Of a stretch of 64,000 nt of DNA, positions 52,477 to 62,069 are shown in pieces. The stretch is from an uncultured virus (IMG/VR IMGVR_UViG_3300033066_000598) (lineage: Duplodnaviria; Heunggongvirae; Uroviricota; Caudoviricetes), in IMG/VR virus record IMGVR_UViG_3300033066_000598; one strand, 5' to 3'. Positions within the stretch are counted from its first letter, which is position 1. Each line of letters begins with the position of its first letter. Below the pieces are notes generated by a model. The model was not told where the DNA came from. It worked only from the letters and a program-made list of their open reading frames with translations, and searched no databases. Made by a program: the position numbers and the translations under genes.

Positions 52477-54090
52477 ATGGCTGTTGAAGACGACGTCGCC
52501 GATTTGCTGCTCGTGTGCCTTGGCGGCGCGCAGCTCGCGTTCGATCGCGCGCCTGAAGGCGTGGATCTGCAGCGCCGCGGCGAAATCATCACGATCGCGT
52601 TCGACAAGGCCGGCGAGTCCGTGCGTCGCACCGACGACTTCGCGCGGCTGCACGTCAAGAGCTCGCCGATCACGAAGGCCTGCATCAATCCGTACTACGG
52701 CCGCGAGATCCCGCGCGCGAAGGAATTGGGCCTCGACCCGAACAAGGTCTATCGGCTGCTGCGCCATCCCGACGAAATCAAGAAGGCGGCTAAGACCTTT
52801 CACAACATCCCGCTGCTGTCGAAGCATGTGCCGCACACGGCCGACGACCACGACGGCGATATCACGGTGGGCACGACCGGCTCGGAAGCCGAGTACGTCC
52901 ATCCGTATCTCATGAACAGCCTGGCTGTTTGGTCGCGCGACGGCATCGACCACGTCGAGTCGGGCGACCAGAAAGAACTATCCAGCGCCTACAGCTACGA
53001 CGCTGACATGACGCCGGGTGTGTACGAGGGGGAACCCTACGACGGAGTGATGCGCAACATGGTCGGAAACCATGTCGCGCTCGTGAAGAAAGGCCGCGCC
53101 GGCTCTGACGTCGTCGTGGGTGACGAAGCACTGCAACCAGACAAGGAGACTACGATGTCGACGAAGACCACCAAGATTGCCAGCCTGCGCGCTGGCATGG
53201 CGCTTGGCGCGCTGCGCGGCCACTTCCTCGCCAGCAAATTGAAGCTGGCGCAGGACGCCGCGCTGCCCGACTTCTCGCCGCTGTTCACTGCGGTGAAGCC
53301 CGGCAAGTTCAAGGCCGCAATCCCGACGATCGTCGCCGGCGTGCAGAAGGGCCTGAAGGGCAAGCTCGCGCAGGACGCCGACCTTGGCGGAATCGTGAAG
53401 GGCGTCGAGCAGCTCATGACGGCCGTCGAAGGCGACAAGACCGTTGCCGACGCCGACGTTGCGGATCCGGCGGCCATGGAAGACCCGGGCACTGGCGAGC
53501 TCGACCCCGACGAGCCGGTGATGGACGGCAGCTGCGAGGCGATCGCGGCCTACCTGAAGTCGAAGGGCGTGCCCGACGACGTCATTGCCGGCATGCCCGG
53601 CATGGCGAAGGAAGGCGGCGAGGGCGGCGCGACCGACGGCCCGACCGACGAGATGGCTGCGCGCCTGGCTCGTGGCGGCGCCAAGGACAAGGACGAAGTC
53701 GTGGAGGAAGAAGGCGACGACGGCAAGGGCGGCAAGAAGAAGCCGTTTGCGATGGACGAAGCCACCTTCGCCAAGCGACTCGAGCAGACGCGCAAGACCG
53801 CGATCGCCGACATGAACGCGGTGTCTGACGCGCGCAAGCACGTTCGCCCGATCGTCGGCGAAATCGAGATGGCCTTCGACAGCGCCGCCGGCGTCTATCA
53901 GCAGGCCTTCAAGATGGTCGGCAACACCGACGCCGCGAAGCAGACCGACGCCGCTGTGCTGAAGTCCATGTGGAACATGGTGCCGGTCAAGCGTCACCAG
54001 CCCGAGCTCGCGCAGGACAGCGCCACCGACGGCGAGAAGCCGTTCCACGAGCGTTTCCCGAACGCTGCCAAAGTTCGCAAGCACGCCTGA
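52477..54090 (+). CDS. DUF2213 prohead protease/scaffold
   Basis: ITKA..NPY.G.EIP, F..IP.L..H, ELSS.Y, G.Y.G..YDG.MR...GNHVALV..GRAG. Confidence 0.88.
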   Translation: MAVEDDVADLLLVCLGGAQLAFDRAPEGVDLQRRGEIITIAFDKAGESVRRTDDFARLHVKSSPITKACINPYYGREIPRAKELGLDPNKVYRLLRHPDEIKKAAKTFHNIPLLSKHVPHTADDHDGDITVGTTGSEAEYVHPYLMNSLAVWSRDGIDHVESGDQKELSSAYSYDADMTPGVYEGEPYDGVMRNMVGNHVALVKKGRAGSDVVVGDEALQPDKETTMSTKTTKIASLRAGMALGALRGHFLASKLKLAQDAALPDFSPLFTAVKPGKFKAAIPTIVAGVQKGLKGKLAQDADLGGIVKGVEQLMTAVEGDKTVADADVADPAAMEDPGTGELDPDEPVMDGSCEAIAAYLKSKGVPDDVIAGMPGMAKEGGEGGATDGPTDEMAARLARGGAKDKDEVVEEEGDDGKGGKKKPFAMDEATFAKRLEQTRKTAIADMNAVSDARKHVRPIVGEIEMAFDSAAGVYQQAFKMVGNTDAAKQTDAAVLKSMWNMVPVKRHQPELAQDSATDGEKPFHERFPNAAKVRKHA

Positions 54091-54176
54091 TCGGCGCGCT
54101 GACGAAGCAATCCCTTCCCCGACAATCGGGGGAGGGGAAACCCACCCCTCCCCAACAACCCAAGAGGATTTGAACC

Positions 54177-55145
54177 ATGGGTGACTTTCCGTCTCAGGTG
54201 CAGGCCATTCAATCGCCTGCAGTCGCGGGCGACTTCTGCGATGCCAATCCGCGTTCCACGGTCGATGCCGGCCCTGGCGCGCTCGTTGCCGGTCAGGGCG
54301 TTATCAACGGCGTGCTCGTGCAGGGCGCAGTCGTCGGTCGCTTCGGCTGGCTCTCGTACCAGCAGACCGACGGCGACGGCGCTCCTGCCGTTGTCGACAC
54401 CTTCGGCTCCGGTTTGCCGGCGGGCCTCGTGCACCGCACGCAGCAGGGCCTCATCACCGCCTATCTCGGCGCGGCGGTCGAGTACCTGCTCTCCGGCTTC
54501 CAGATCGAGTTGTTCTCGATCGTCGGCATGTGGGTGGAGAACGCCAACGCTTCGGCGCAGGCTCTCCCCGGCATGAAGGCGTTCGCGCGCTATTCGGATG
54601 GCGCCGTGCTGTTCGCGGCCGCGGGTGCGACGCCTTCGGGCGGCAGCTCGACGGCCTCGATCGCGGCGGCGACCAACAGTGTCGAAGCCTCGATCGTCGA
54701 CAACGTCATGTATGTGACGACCGTCAACTCCGGCGTCGTGCGTCCGGGCACCACGTTGTCGGGCAGCCACGGCAAGGTGGTCGAGCAGCTCCTGCCGCTC
54801 GAGTCCGGTGAATCGCTCGGCGGCATTGGCCGTTACGCGCTGAACATCCCCGGCCAGAATGTCGCCACCGGCACGATCACCGGTACCTACGGCATCATGA
54901 CCGCGGGCACCGTCACCGGCGCCTACAACGTCGGCGAGACGGTGACCGGTTCGGGCATCAGCGTCACGACCACGATCACTCAGCAGATTACCGGTTCGCC
55001 CGGTGCTGCCGGCACGTATGCCGTCGACGTCAACACCGTTGTCGGCTCGACCACCATCACGTCGGCCGACTCGATCGAGACGGAGTGGTACTGCAAGAGC
55101 GCCGGCGCCGCTGGCGACCTGGTCAAGATTGCGCGCGTGAAGTGA
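54177..55145 (+). CDS. head decoration/cement protein
   Basis: F...V....PAV.GDF...NPR, GRF.W, G.V.R.QQ..IT, G.LVKI; lies between protease and MCP; Thr-rich insertion. Confidence 0.75.
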   Translation: MGDFPSQVQAIQSPAVAGDFCDANPRSTVDAGPGALVAGQGVINGVLVQGAVVGRFGWLSYQQTDGDGAPAVVDTFGSGLPAGLVHRTQQGLITAYLGAAVEYLLSGFQIELFSIVGMWVENANASAQALPGMKAFARYSDGAVLFAAAGATPSGGSSTASIAAATNSVEASIVDNVMYVTTVNSGVVRPGTTLSGSHGKVVEQLLPLESGESLGGIGRYALNIPGQNVATGTITGTYGIMTAGTVTGAYNVGETVTGSGISVTTTITQQITGSPGAAGTYAVDVNTVVGSTTITSADSIETEWYCKSAGAAGDLVKIARVK

Positions 55146-55209
55146 TGCGGTGAGGCCTTCGGGCCTCGCTGACGGTCCAATTCCGAACGGTAGCAGTTTC
55201 GTCTTCACC

Positions 55210-55238
55210 AAGGCGCCTTCCCGCGGGGAGCGCCTTTT
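55210..55238 (+). terminator. intrinsic terminator/attenuator upstream of the MCP gene
   Basis: AAGGCGCCTTCC...GGGGAGCGCCTTTTT. Confidence 0.65.
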
Positions 55239-55265
55239 TCGTTTTAACAGAGAGAGGCTCTCCTC

Positions 55266-56387
55266 ATGAACTTTCAAGCTGCCCGCTCTCGATTCGTCGC
55301 CGACAAGCGCCGCTTCGAGACCCTCGGCGTCGTCTTCCCGAACGTCAAATCGTACATTCCCGACGGTTGGGGCGACAACGTCACCCTGGCGATGGACGGC
55401 GACCCCGACTTCGCTCGCATGGCGATGGACGCGCAGCCTGGTCTGACGACCGTCGCGAACACCGGTATCCCGGCGTGGCTCACCACCATGATCGACCCGG
55501 AAGTGTACGAAGTGCTGTTCTCGCCGCTCGAGGCGACCAGCATCTTCGACGAAGTGCAGAAGGGTGACTGGACGCTGAACAGCGTCATGTTCCCGACCGT
55601 CGAGCACACTGGCGAGACGTCGGCATATGGCGATTACAGCAACAACGGTTCGGTGAACGCGAACACCAACTTCCCGAGCCGGCAGCCGTTCCTGTTCCAG
55701 ACCATCTTGCAGTACGGCGATCGCGAGCTCGACGTTGCGGGCGAAGCGAAGATCAACTGGCTGAATGAGCTCAACGCTGCTGCAGCGTGGGTCATCAATC
55801 AGTACCAGAACACGTCGTACTTCTTCGGCATCCAGGGCCTGCAGAACTACGGCATCCTGAACGACCCGAACCTGACCGCGGCGCTCACGCCGGCGCCGAA
55901 GGCCTACGGCAACAACAAGTGGGTGACGAACAACGTCATCACCGCTACCCCGAACGAAATCTTCCTCGACATTCAGTCGTTGATCATCCAGCTCATCAAT
56001 CAGTCGGGTGCCAACATTAACCTGAAGTCGAATTTCGTTCTGGCGCTGTCGCCGTCGTCGGAGTTCGCAATCACCGCGACCAATAGCTTCGACGTCAACG
56101 TGTCGGACCTGCTGAAGAAGAACATTCCGAACCTGAAGATCGTTTCGGCTGTTCAGTACGGCGAGCAGTCGGCGACCAACCCGCAAGGCGTGGTCGGCGG
56201 CAACTTCGCGCAGATGATCTGCACGGACGTTCGCAAGCAGAAGACGGGCTACGTCGCGTACAATCTGAAAATGCGCGCCGGCCGCCTGGTCCCCGATATG
56301 TCGAGCTACAAGCAGAAGATGGTAGGCGGCACGCTCGGCGCCGTTATCCGCCAGCCCTTTGCCATCGCCAGCATGATCGGCATCTGA
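55266..56387 (+). CDS. major capsid protein (DUF2184 type)
   Basis: AMDAQP.L.T..N.GIP..LT..IDP, KGDW, YGD, YFFG..GL.NYG.LNDPNL, GGT.GA.I..P. Confidence 0.92.
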   Translation: MNFQAARSRFVADKRRFETLGVVFPNVKSYIPDGWGDNVTLAMDGDPDFARMAMDAQPGLTTVANTGIPAWLTTMIDPEVYEVLFSPLEATSIFDEVQKGDWTLNSVMFPTVEHTGETSAYGDYSNNGSVNANTNFPSRQPFLFQTILQYGDRELDVAGEAKINWLNELNAAAAWVINQYQNTSYFFGIQGLQNYGILNDPNLTAALTPAPKAYGNNKWVTNNVITATPNEIFLDIQSLIIQLINQSGANINLKSNFVLALSPSSEFAITATNSFDVNVSDLLKKNIPNLKIVSAVQYGEQSATNPQGVVGGNFAQMICTDVRKQKTGYVAYNLKMRAGRLVPDMSSYKQKMVGGTLGAVIRQPFAIASMIGI

Positions 56388-56431
56388 TATAGCGACTCGC
56401 CGGTTGGACGCCGGCAACGCCACAGTGACTA

Positions 56432-56468
56432 CCCGGAGCATCGCGCCCGCGTTTGCTCCGGGTTTTTT
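56432..56468 (+). terminator. intrinsic terminator
   Basis: CCCGGAGCA...TGCTCCGGGTTTTTT. Confidence 0.85.
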
Positions 56469-56492
56469 CTCACCCCACAAGGACAACTGAAC

Positions 56493-57119
56493 ATGGCTTT
56501 GACAGAAGCGCAGAAAGCAGCGAAGGCGAAGGCCTCTGCTGCCGCCCGAAAGGCAGCGAAGAAGACTACTCCCACCGCCACCGACACCGCTGCCCCTGCA
56601 GCAGCTGTCGCAGCACCCACCATCGACCAGTCGAAGAAGATTGCCGGCGCCGCGCAATCCACCGTCTTCGTCGTCTCCAGGATCGAACGCGGAATCTACC
56701 TGCAGCTCTTTGCGCCCGTCACGCAGCAGCGTCGACTGCTCGGCGGCGGCATGGACAAGGAAGTCGTGCAGATGCGCCAGCCGCAGCAGTATCGCATCAA
56801 GCCGACGCTGCTCGGGCCCGGCCTCATTCCGAACTATCCGATTATCGACGGCTTCTCGATCACGAAGGACATTCCCTCGCAGTTCTGGCGCGAGTGGGTC
56901 GAGCAGAACAAGAATTTCGAGCCCTACACCATGGGCCTCATTCGCGCGTTCGACACCGAAGCCGACGCGATGGCTTATGCCCGCGAGTACGTGGGCCTGC
57001 GCACCGGCCGCGAGGCGCTCGCGCAGGACAAGGATCCTCGCATTCAGACGTCGAACAACGCGAACGTCTCGGATGTGGAGATCGACAGCGAAACGCCGCG
57101 GCCGAAAACCGCAGCCTGA
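56493..57119 (+). CDS. probable virion/head-associated protein
   Basis: TV.V.S....G..L, G..IT..IP..FW..W...NK......GLI.A motifs; directly after the MCP gene. Confidence 0.65.
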   Translation: MALTEAQKAAKAKASAAARKAAKKTTPTATDTAAPAAAVAAPTIDQSKKIAGAAQSTVFVVSRIERGIYLQLFAPVTQQRRLLGGGMDKEVVQMRQPQQYRIKPTLLGPGLIPNYPIIDGFSITKDIPSQFWREWVEQNKNFEPYTMGLIRAFDTEADAMAYAREYVGLRTGREALAQDKDPRIQTSNNANVSDVEIDSETPRPKTAA

Positions 57120-57134
57120 TAGCGAGGGCCTGCA

Positions 57135-57656
57135 ATGGCAATCAATCCGATCATCTGTGCGGGTGCACCGGGCGGCGCGATCGCCGCTTGGTCGCAGAGT
57201 GCGTTTCTCGAAACGTACCCGAATTTCCGCGCGGTGCCGGAGCCGACATTGCAGTCCCAATTCAACATCGCCACGATCTACCTGCGCAACGACGGCACGA
57301 GTCCCATTCGTGCCGTCGCTGTGCAAACGACGCTGCTCTACATGCTGACGGCACACCTGCTGCAGCTCACGTTCGGCCCGAACGGCGAAGGCGCGATCGC
57401 CGGCGGTTCGGCGCCCGGCCTGGTCGGCCGCATCTCATCTGCCAGCGAAGGTTCGGTGTCGGTGTCGACCGACTATCCGGAGAACCCGAACGCGGCATGG
57501 TTCACACAGACACCTTACGGCGCTGCCTTCTGGCAAGCGACCGCCAACTTCCGCCGCGCGTATTACCGTCCGGGCCCGACGCGGTTCGGAACAGGAATCG
57601 GCAACGGGACGTTGGGCGGGGGTTACGGACTTTTCCCAGGAAGGAGATCGCGATGA
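57135..57656 (+). CDS. DUF4054 head-tail adaptor
   Basis: F...YP.F, L.MLTAH...L, VGRISSASEGSVSVS, WF.QT.YG..FWQAT. Confidence 0.9.
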   Translation: MAINPIICAGAPGGAIAAWSQSAFLETYPNFRAVPEPTLQSQFNIATIYLRNDGTSPIRAVAVQTTLLYMLTAHLLQLTFGPNGEGAIAGGSAPGLVGRISSASEGSVSVSTDYPENPNAAWFTQTPYGAAFWQATANFRRAYYRPGPTRFGTGIGNGTLGGGYGLFPGRRSR

Positions 57657-58021
57657 GCGATGAGCGCAAGAACGTCACGGTTATCTGCAACCACGCCAGC
57701 GGCCTGCAGCTGCGGCTCTACAAGAACCACCACACCGGCGACGCCATGGGCAAGATGCCCGACCCGAAGCAGGACACGGTGCAGCTGAAGGGCGGCTCCA
57801 ACCAGGTCGACGCGGGCTTTCTCAGCGCGTGGCTCGACGAGAACGAAGGCAACGACCTGCTGCTGAACGGCACCATCACGATTGTGGAGCCGAAGGAGAA
57901 GGGCGAGCACGACGGCGAGCCGGGCAAAGACAACGTCGTCGAGCGACCGGACAACGAGTCGAGCGTCGACGCGCCGGCGCCCGACACTGAGGCGAAGGAA
58001 GAAAAGCCGGCTGACGCGTAA
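57653..58021 (+). CDS. probable virion protein related to the 56493 gene
   Basis: VTV.C....GL.L, V.L.G, VD..F..AW...N......NG.I. Confidence 0.65.
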   Translation: MSDERKNVTVICNHASGLQLRLYKNHHTGDAMGKMPDPKQDTVQLKGGSNQVDAGFLSAWLDENEGNDLLLNGTITIVEPKEKGEHDGEPGKDNVVERPDNESSVDAPAPDTEAKEEKPADA

Positions 58022-58056
58022 GCCGCACACGCAACACCAAACGAGAGGGGAGAACC

Positions 58057-58494
58057 ATGGATCTCGACGCACGCATGCGGGAGCTCAAAACGCTGAAGGA
58101 CAGACTCGAGGGCCTGTTCGACGGCGGAGCTCTCCGCAAACTGGAAGCGCTCGCCGCGAAGTTCGACGGCGGGCTGCTTGAACGACTCGAGGCCGCGCTC
58201 GCGCGCTTCGATGGCGACGACGCCGGCGCCGGCGCGGCCCTGGTCGACGACGTCAAGAAGCACGTCGACGAAATCGCCGAGACGGTCACCGGCATTCAGC
58301 AGCAGCTCGACGCGATCGGGCCGAAGTTGAACGCGGTCGAAAAGCTGGCTGACCCGGCCGTGCTCGAAATGCTCGATTGGCTGGCCCGGAACCGGGAGGC
58401 GATCGACGTGCTCCTGACGCTCGGGGAGACGGTCGACGACGAGGCCACTACCGACGCCGCCGAGAAGCCCGCGGACGAACAGGCGGGCTCCTAA
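58057..58494 (+). CDS. acidic coiled-coil protein
   Basis: GGGGAG RBS; internal FDGG repeats. Confidence 0.65.
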   Translation: MDLDARMRELKTLKDRLEGLFDGGALRKLEALAAKFDGGLLERLEAALARFDGDDAGAGAALVDDVKKHVDEIAETVTGIQQQLDAIGPKLNAVEKLADPAVLEMLDWLARNREAIDVLLTLGETVDDEATTDAAEKPADEQAGS

Positions 58495-58805
58495 AGCCCG
58501 GGAAACGACCATTTGGCGCCGGCCGGGGCTCTCCCCGGCCTGTGCCAAGTGGGGTTAACCCCGGTTTGGGGTGAACGGGAACCGAACGGCACCGGAACAA
58601 ACGGAGAGTTCCGGGTTGGTTCGTTCGTGGGGCGGGGGTCAGGCAATGCGCGGTTCCCATGCCCCGGGCCTGCAGCAACTCCTGCACCGGCTTGGCCTGA
58701 TCCCTGCCGACACCGAATTCAATCGCCGCGCCAAGGCCTATGCCGAAGGCGCGCGCAATCTCGCGAACGCGCACGCCTCCAACGCGCGCAAGAAGGCGAG
58801 GCGCA

Positions 58806-59330
58806 ATGGCAACGATCAAGGGCGGCCACAAGCTGCAGCAGTATCTGGCGAAGCTGGCGGCGAAGCTTGACCAGCCCGGCACGTTGCGAGTCGGCTGGCT
58901 GGAAAACGCCACGGCGCCGAACGGCGACAATCTAGGCCTGCGCGCCTTCCGTCTCGAATTCGGCACGAGCAAAATGCCGCCGCGGCCGTTCTTCCGCAAC
59001 ATGATCGCGGCGAAGGCGAAGGAATGGCCGGCCGCGCTCGCGCTGAACCTGAAGCAGACCGACTACAACGTGAAGCTCACGCTGGAACGCGCCGGCGAGG
59101 GCATCAAGGGCCAGCTGAAGGAAAGCATTATCGACCTTTGGGCGCCGCCGCTGGCGGAGTCCACGATCAAGCGCAAGGGATTCGAGAAGCCGCTGATCGA
59201 ACACGGCGACATGCTGAACGCGGTCGCGTGGGAAGTGAACATGGGCGGCAAGGTCACCTTGTCGGCCGCAGGTCCGGGCGCCGCAAGCCTTGCGAGCGCT
59301 GCGAAAGTAGCCGTCAAACCGAAACCTTAA
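58806..59330 (+). CDS. neck/tail-completion protein (HK97 gp10-like)
   Basis: LRVG.LE.AT, EFGT..MP.RPFFR, PPLA.STI.RKG..KPLI..G.M..AV. Confidence 0.85.
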   Translation: MATIKGGHKLQQYLAKLAAKLDQPGTLRVGWLENATAPNGDNLGLRAFRLEFGTSKMPPRPFFRNMIAAKAKEWPAALALNLKQTDYNVKLTLERAGEGIKGQLKESIIDLWAPPLAESTIKRKGFEKPLIEHGDMLNAVAWEVNMGGKVTLSAAGPGAASLASAAKVAVKPKP

Positions 59331-59345
59331 CCAGGAGCGACACCG

Positions 59346-60038
59346 ATGTTTAAGACCTTCTTCGACAACTTCCGCCGGCTCGAGGCGCCGCAGCTGCACC
59401 CCGCGATGGTGCTGCGCTTCCGCTTGCTGGATCTGCTGTGCGCATTGCTCCTGCTGTGCACGGTGCTCGCGCTGCTCGCCACGCCGGCGCGCGCGCAGAG
59501 CGCCAGCACCATCTTCCTCACCGATCGCAACGGCCAGATTGCCTTCCCGTTCACGCCGCCGAACCGCGCCACCGGCGGGCCGGCGAATATCAACAACACC
59601 GCGATCGGTCAGACCACGCCGAAGAACGGCAAGTTCCTCGTGCTGGAAGCGACAACGTCGTTCAAATCGCCCGACGGCGTGACGTGCGCGACCTATGCGC
59701 CGAGCGGCACGCCGGCGGCGACCGACGCCGTCTTCTTCATTGCGACGCGCGCCTACAACATCGTCAGCATCTCCGCGGTGTTCTCTGTCACCGCCGGCGG
59801 CGCTTCCAAGCTGCAGGTGACGAAAGACACCGCCACCGACGCGCCCGGTGCCGGAACCGACATCCTGACCAACAACACCAACACCGGCTTCGACCTGGCG
59901 CTGACCGCGAACACGGTGCAGGTCGGCACGTTCGCTGCCACGTCGCTTGCGGCCGGCGATCGCCTTGCCGTCGACTACGCGCAGGCCATCCAAAACACCG
60001 CCGGCCTCGTCGTCACGGCCTGCCTGTCGCCGCAGTAG
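59346..60038 (+). CDS. Thr/Ala-rich beta protein with signal peptide
   Basis: LLCALLLLCTVLALLATPARA|Q; INNT.IG.TTP..G.F fibre motif; LAAGD.L.VD. Confidence 0.7.
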   Translation: MFKTFFDNFRRLEAPQLHPAMVLRFRLLDLLCALLLLCTVLALLATPARAQSASTIFLTDRNGQIAFPFTPPNRATGGPANINNTAIGQTTPKNGKFLVLEATTSFKSPDGVTCATYAPSGTPAATDAVFFIATRAYNIVSISAVFSVTAGGASKLQVTKDTATDAPGAGTDILTNNTNTGFDLALTANTVQVGTFAATSLAAGDRLAVDYAQAIQNTAGLVVTACLSPQ

Positions 60039-60096
60039 CCCATCGCCTTCCCGCGGGCGCTGGTGTAAAAGCTGGCGCTCGCATGGAGGGAAGTCG

Positions 60097-60567
60097 ATGC
60101 AACAGGTCAAGAAGTACCGGGTTCGGCGAGGCAACAACGCAAGGGCGGTGCCGGCGCAGGCGCAGACGCCGGTGCCAATTCCGATGGAGCTCGAAATCGC
60201 CGCGCTCGACGACTGCGGGCCGCTGACCAGGCGCGCGATTTGTGAAAGCCCGCTGCCGACGCTGGCCTGTTCGATCATCTCGCAAATTGTCGAGCTCAAC
60301 GACAAGATCGAGGCCGAAAACAAAAAACGCGAGCCGCTTGGTCTTCCGCTGCGGCTGTACGTCGACCCGAAGCATCCGGATCTCGATCGGCTCCTTGCGC
60401 TCGGTGTCATCGAGAACAACGCGAAGATTATCGCCGGCGACGTCGAGCTCGGCGACCGCGCACTCGAATGGGCGAAGATGGGTATCAAGCCGCTGATCGC
60501 GCGACCGTCGGCGAAGACCGCGCGCGAACGCCGCAAGACCGAAGGCAGGAGATTCCGCGGATGGTGA
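60097..60567 (+). CDS. hypothetical protein
   Basis: GGAGGGAAG RBS. Confidence 0.6.
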   Translation: MQQVKKYRVRRGNNARAVPAQAQTPVPIPMELEIAALDDCGPLTRRAICESPLPTLACSIISQIVELNDKIEAENKKREPLGLPLRLYVDPKHPDLDRLLALGVIENNAKIIAGDVELGDRALEWAKMGIKPLIARPSAKTARERRKTEGRRFRGW

Positions 60568-60968
60568 ACCTTCGGCGCGTCGCCAACTCAGTCACGACGG
60601 CGATCAACCCGAACGTCGTGTGCGAGCACTGGCGCTCTACAGGATCCGCCACGACGGACAGCTTCAAGCGCGAGCCTACCTACGCGAAGGCGCCGATCGC
60701 CGTGCAGGTGCAGGCGATGGACGACGAAGACCTGAAGCAGATGGACAGCCTCAACATCCAGGGCGTCCACCGCAAGATTTTTGCCAACCGGCAGGTTGCG
60801 GCCGCCATCCGCGTCGCGGAGAAGGGCGGCGACCTTCTGGTGTTCGAAGCCGGCGTGCTGCCCGAAGGCACGACATGGCTGGTGACGCACATGCTTGAAC
60901 GATGGCCGAATTGGGATACGTTCGCGATCACTCTGCAGAACGATAACTTCGAGGCCTTCAAATGCTGA
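60561..60968 (+). CDS. head-closure/stopper-like protein
   Basis: NL..........INP, S.G, P.Y, QVQA....DL....LNIQG, R....GGDL..F, WLV...LE.W..W. Confidence 0.8.
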   Translation: MVNLRRVANSVTTAINPNVVCEHWRSTGSATTDSFKREPTYAKAPIAVQVQAMDDEDLKQMDSLNIQGVHRKIFANRQVAAAIRVAEKGGDLLVFEAGVLPEGTTWLVTHMLERWPNWDTFAITLQNDNFEAFKC

Positions 60969-61222
60969 AACTCTTCAACAACCGCGCGCGCGCGTCGCTG
61001 CTCAACCAGAACGCCGACGCTGGCGTCAACGCCAAGAAAGCGCACTCGACATCGATCCGCGCGAAAGTCATTCGCTCCGACGGCACGGTCGAACCGGAGC
61101 GGCTTGTCTCCTACGGCCACCGCAACGTCTTCATCCACATGACGCTCGCGCCGCTGGCCTATCTCAACGGCGCGTTCTGGAATTGGTACTACACCCGAAA
61201 AAACCGGAGAACGACGACATGA
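60962..61222 (+). CDS. hypothetical protein
   Basis: AKVIRSDGTVE motif; coupled. Confidence 0.6.
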   Translation: MLKLFNNRARASLLNQNADAGVNAKKAHSTSIRAKVIRSDGTVEPERLVSYGHRNVFIHMTLAPLAYLNGAFWNWYYTRKNRRTTT

Positions 61223-61602
61223 CGAACTTCCGCTTTAAGGCCGACCTTGTTCTTGCCGCCGCAAATGCGGAAGACCTTCTGTCGATGATTGCCGGCCACC
61301 TGGGCGACACTGCGCGCCATCTCGGCAACGGCATCGCCATTTCCGACGCGTGCAAGCATTTCTCGATCGAGGAGACCAAGGCCGACGCCGTCGAGCTCGA
61401 CGACCACATTCTTGCGGCCAACGGGCCGGCAGCGCTGGATCTCGACCCGAAGTCGCCGGCCGGCGTCGCCTACGCCGAGCAGCTGCAGCGCGAGAAAACC
61501 GAACGCGAAACGATGGCGGCCGCGCGTGCCAACGAGGGCAAGAGCGACGCCGAGATCATGGCGGAGTTTTCCGCCAAAGAGCAGGCTGCGCTGAACGGCT
61601 GA
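61219..61602 (+). CDS. hypothetical protein
   Basis: GGAG RBS; ATGA overlap. Confidence 0.6.
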   Translation: MTNFRFKADLVLAAANAEDLLSMIAGHLGDTARHLGNGIAISDACKHFSIEETKADAVELDDHILAANGPAALDLDPKSPAGVAYAEQLQREKTERETMAAARANEGKSDAEIMAEFSAKEQAALNG

Positions 61603-61626
61603 AGCCAAAGCGAATCCGCAAACCCG

Positions 61627-61657
61627 GCCGGGGCTCTTTCGAGCTCCGGCTTTTTTT
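61627..61657 (+). terminator. intrinsic terminator
   Basis: GCCGGGGCTC-TTTC-GAGCTCCGGC-TTTTTTT. Confidence 0.85.
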
Positions 61658-61678
61658 GTTTCTCAACAGGAGACCAAG

Positions 61679-62062
61679 ATGACCGCTCGCGTCCAAAACA
61701 ACGGGCTCGCCCGCATCACCACCGCGCTTATCGCGCTGAACTGGTATCTGCAGTGGGGCACCGGCACCGGCGCCGCGGCGTCCGCAAACGTCGTCACCAC
61801 GACCAGCACGACGGAGGCTCGCACGCTCGCGACCACGACTCAGCAGACGACCACCGTCACCAACGACACCATGCGCAACGTCGGCACCATCACCGAATTG
61901 TCGGCCGGGCCCGTTGCCATTACGGAGGTCGGCGTGTTTGATGCGGCCGGCTCCGGCTCGCCGCCGACCGGTGGCAACATGGATCTGTACGGCGACTTCT
62001 CGGCGATCAACGTGTCGAGCGGAGACTCCATCCAGTTCACGATCAACACCAAGTTCACCTAA
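61679..62062 (+). CDS. small Thr-rich virion structural protein (fibre/collar-type)
   Basis: AGGAG RBS; WGTGT, ITE.G.FDA, F..IN..SGDSIQFT. Confidence 0.75.
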   Translation: MTARVQNNGLARITTALIALNWYLQWGTGTGAAASANVVTTTSTTEARTLATTTQQTTTVTNDTMRNVGTITELSAGPVAITEVGVFDAAGSGSPPTGGNMDLYGDFSAINVSSGDSIQFTINTKFT

Positions 62063-62069
62063 GCAGCCG

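Noticed and set aside
53994..57356. 1120-aa minus-strand ORF and similar long antisense ORFs (e.g. 29149-31146, 45742-47463)
   Set aside because: Shadow ORFs of high-GC coding genes on the opposite strand; no recognisable motifs.
58571..58870. Small ORF upstream of the neck gene
   Set aside because: Weak RBS and a 65-nt overlap with the well-supported 58806 gene; possible but not supportable.
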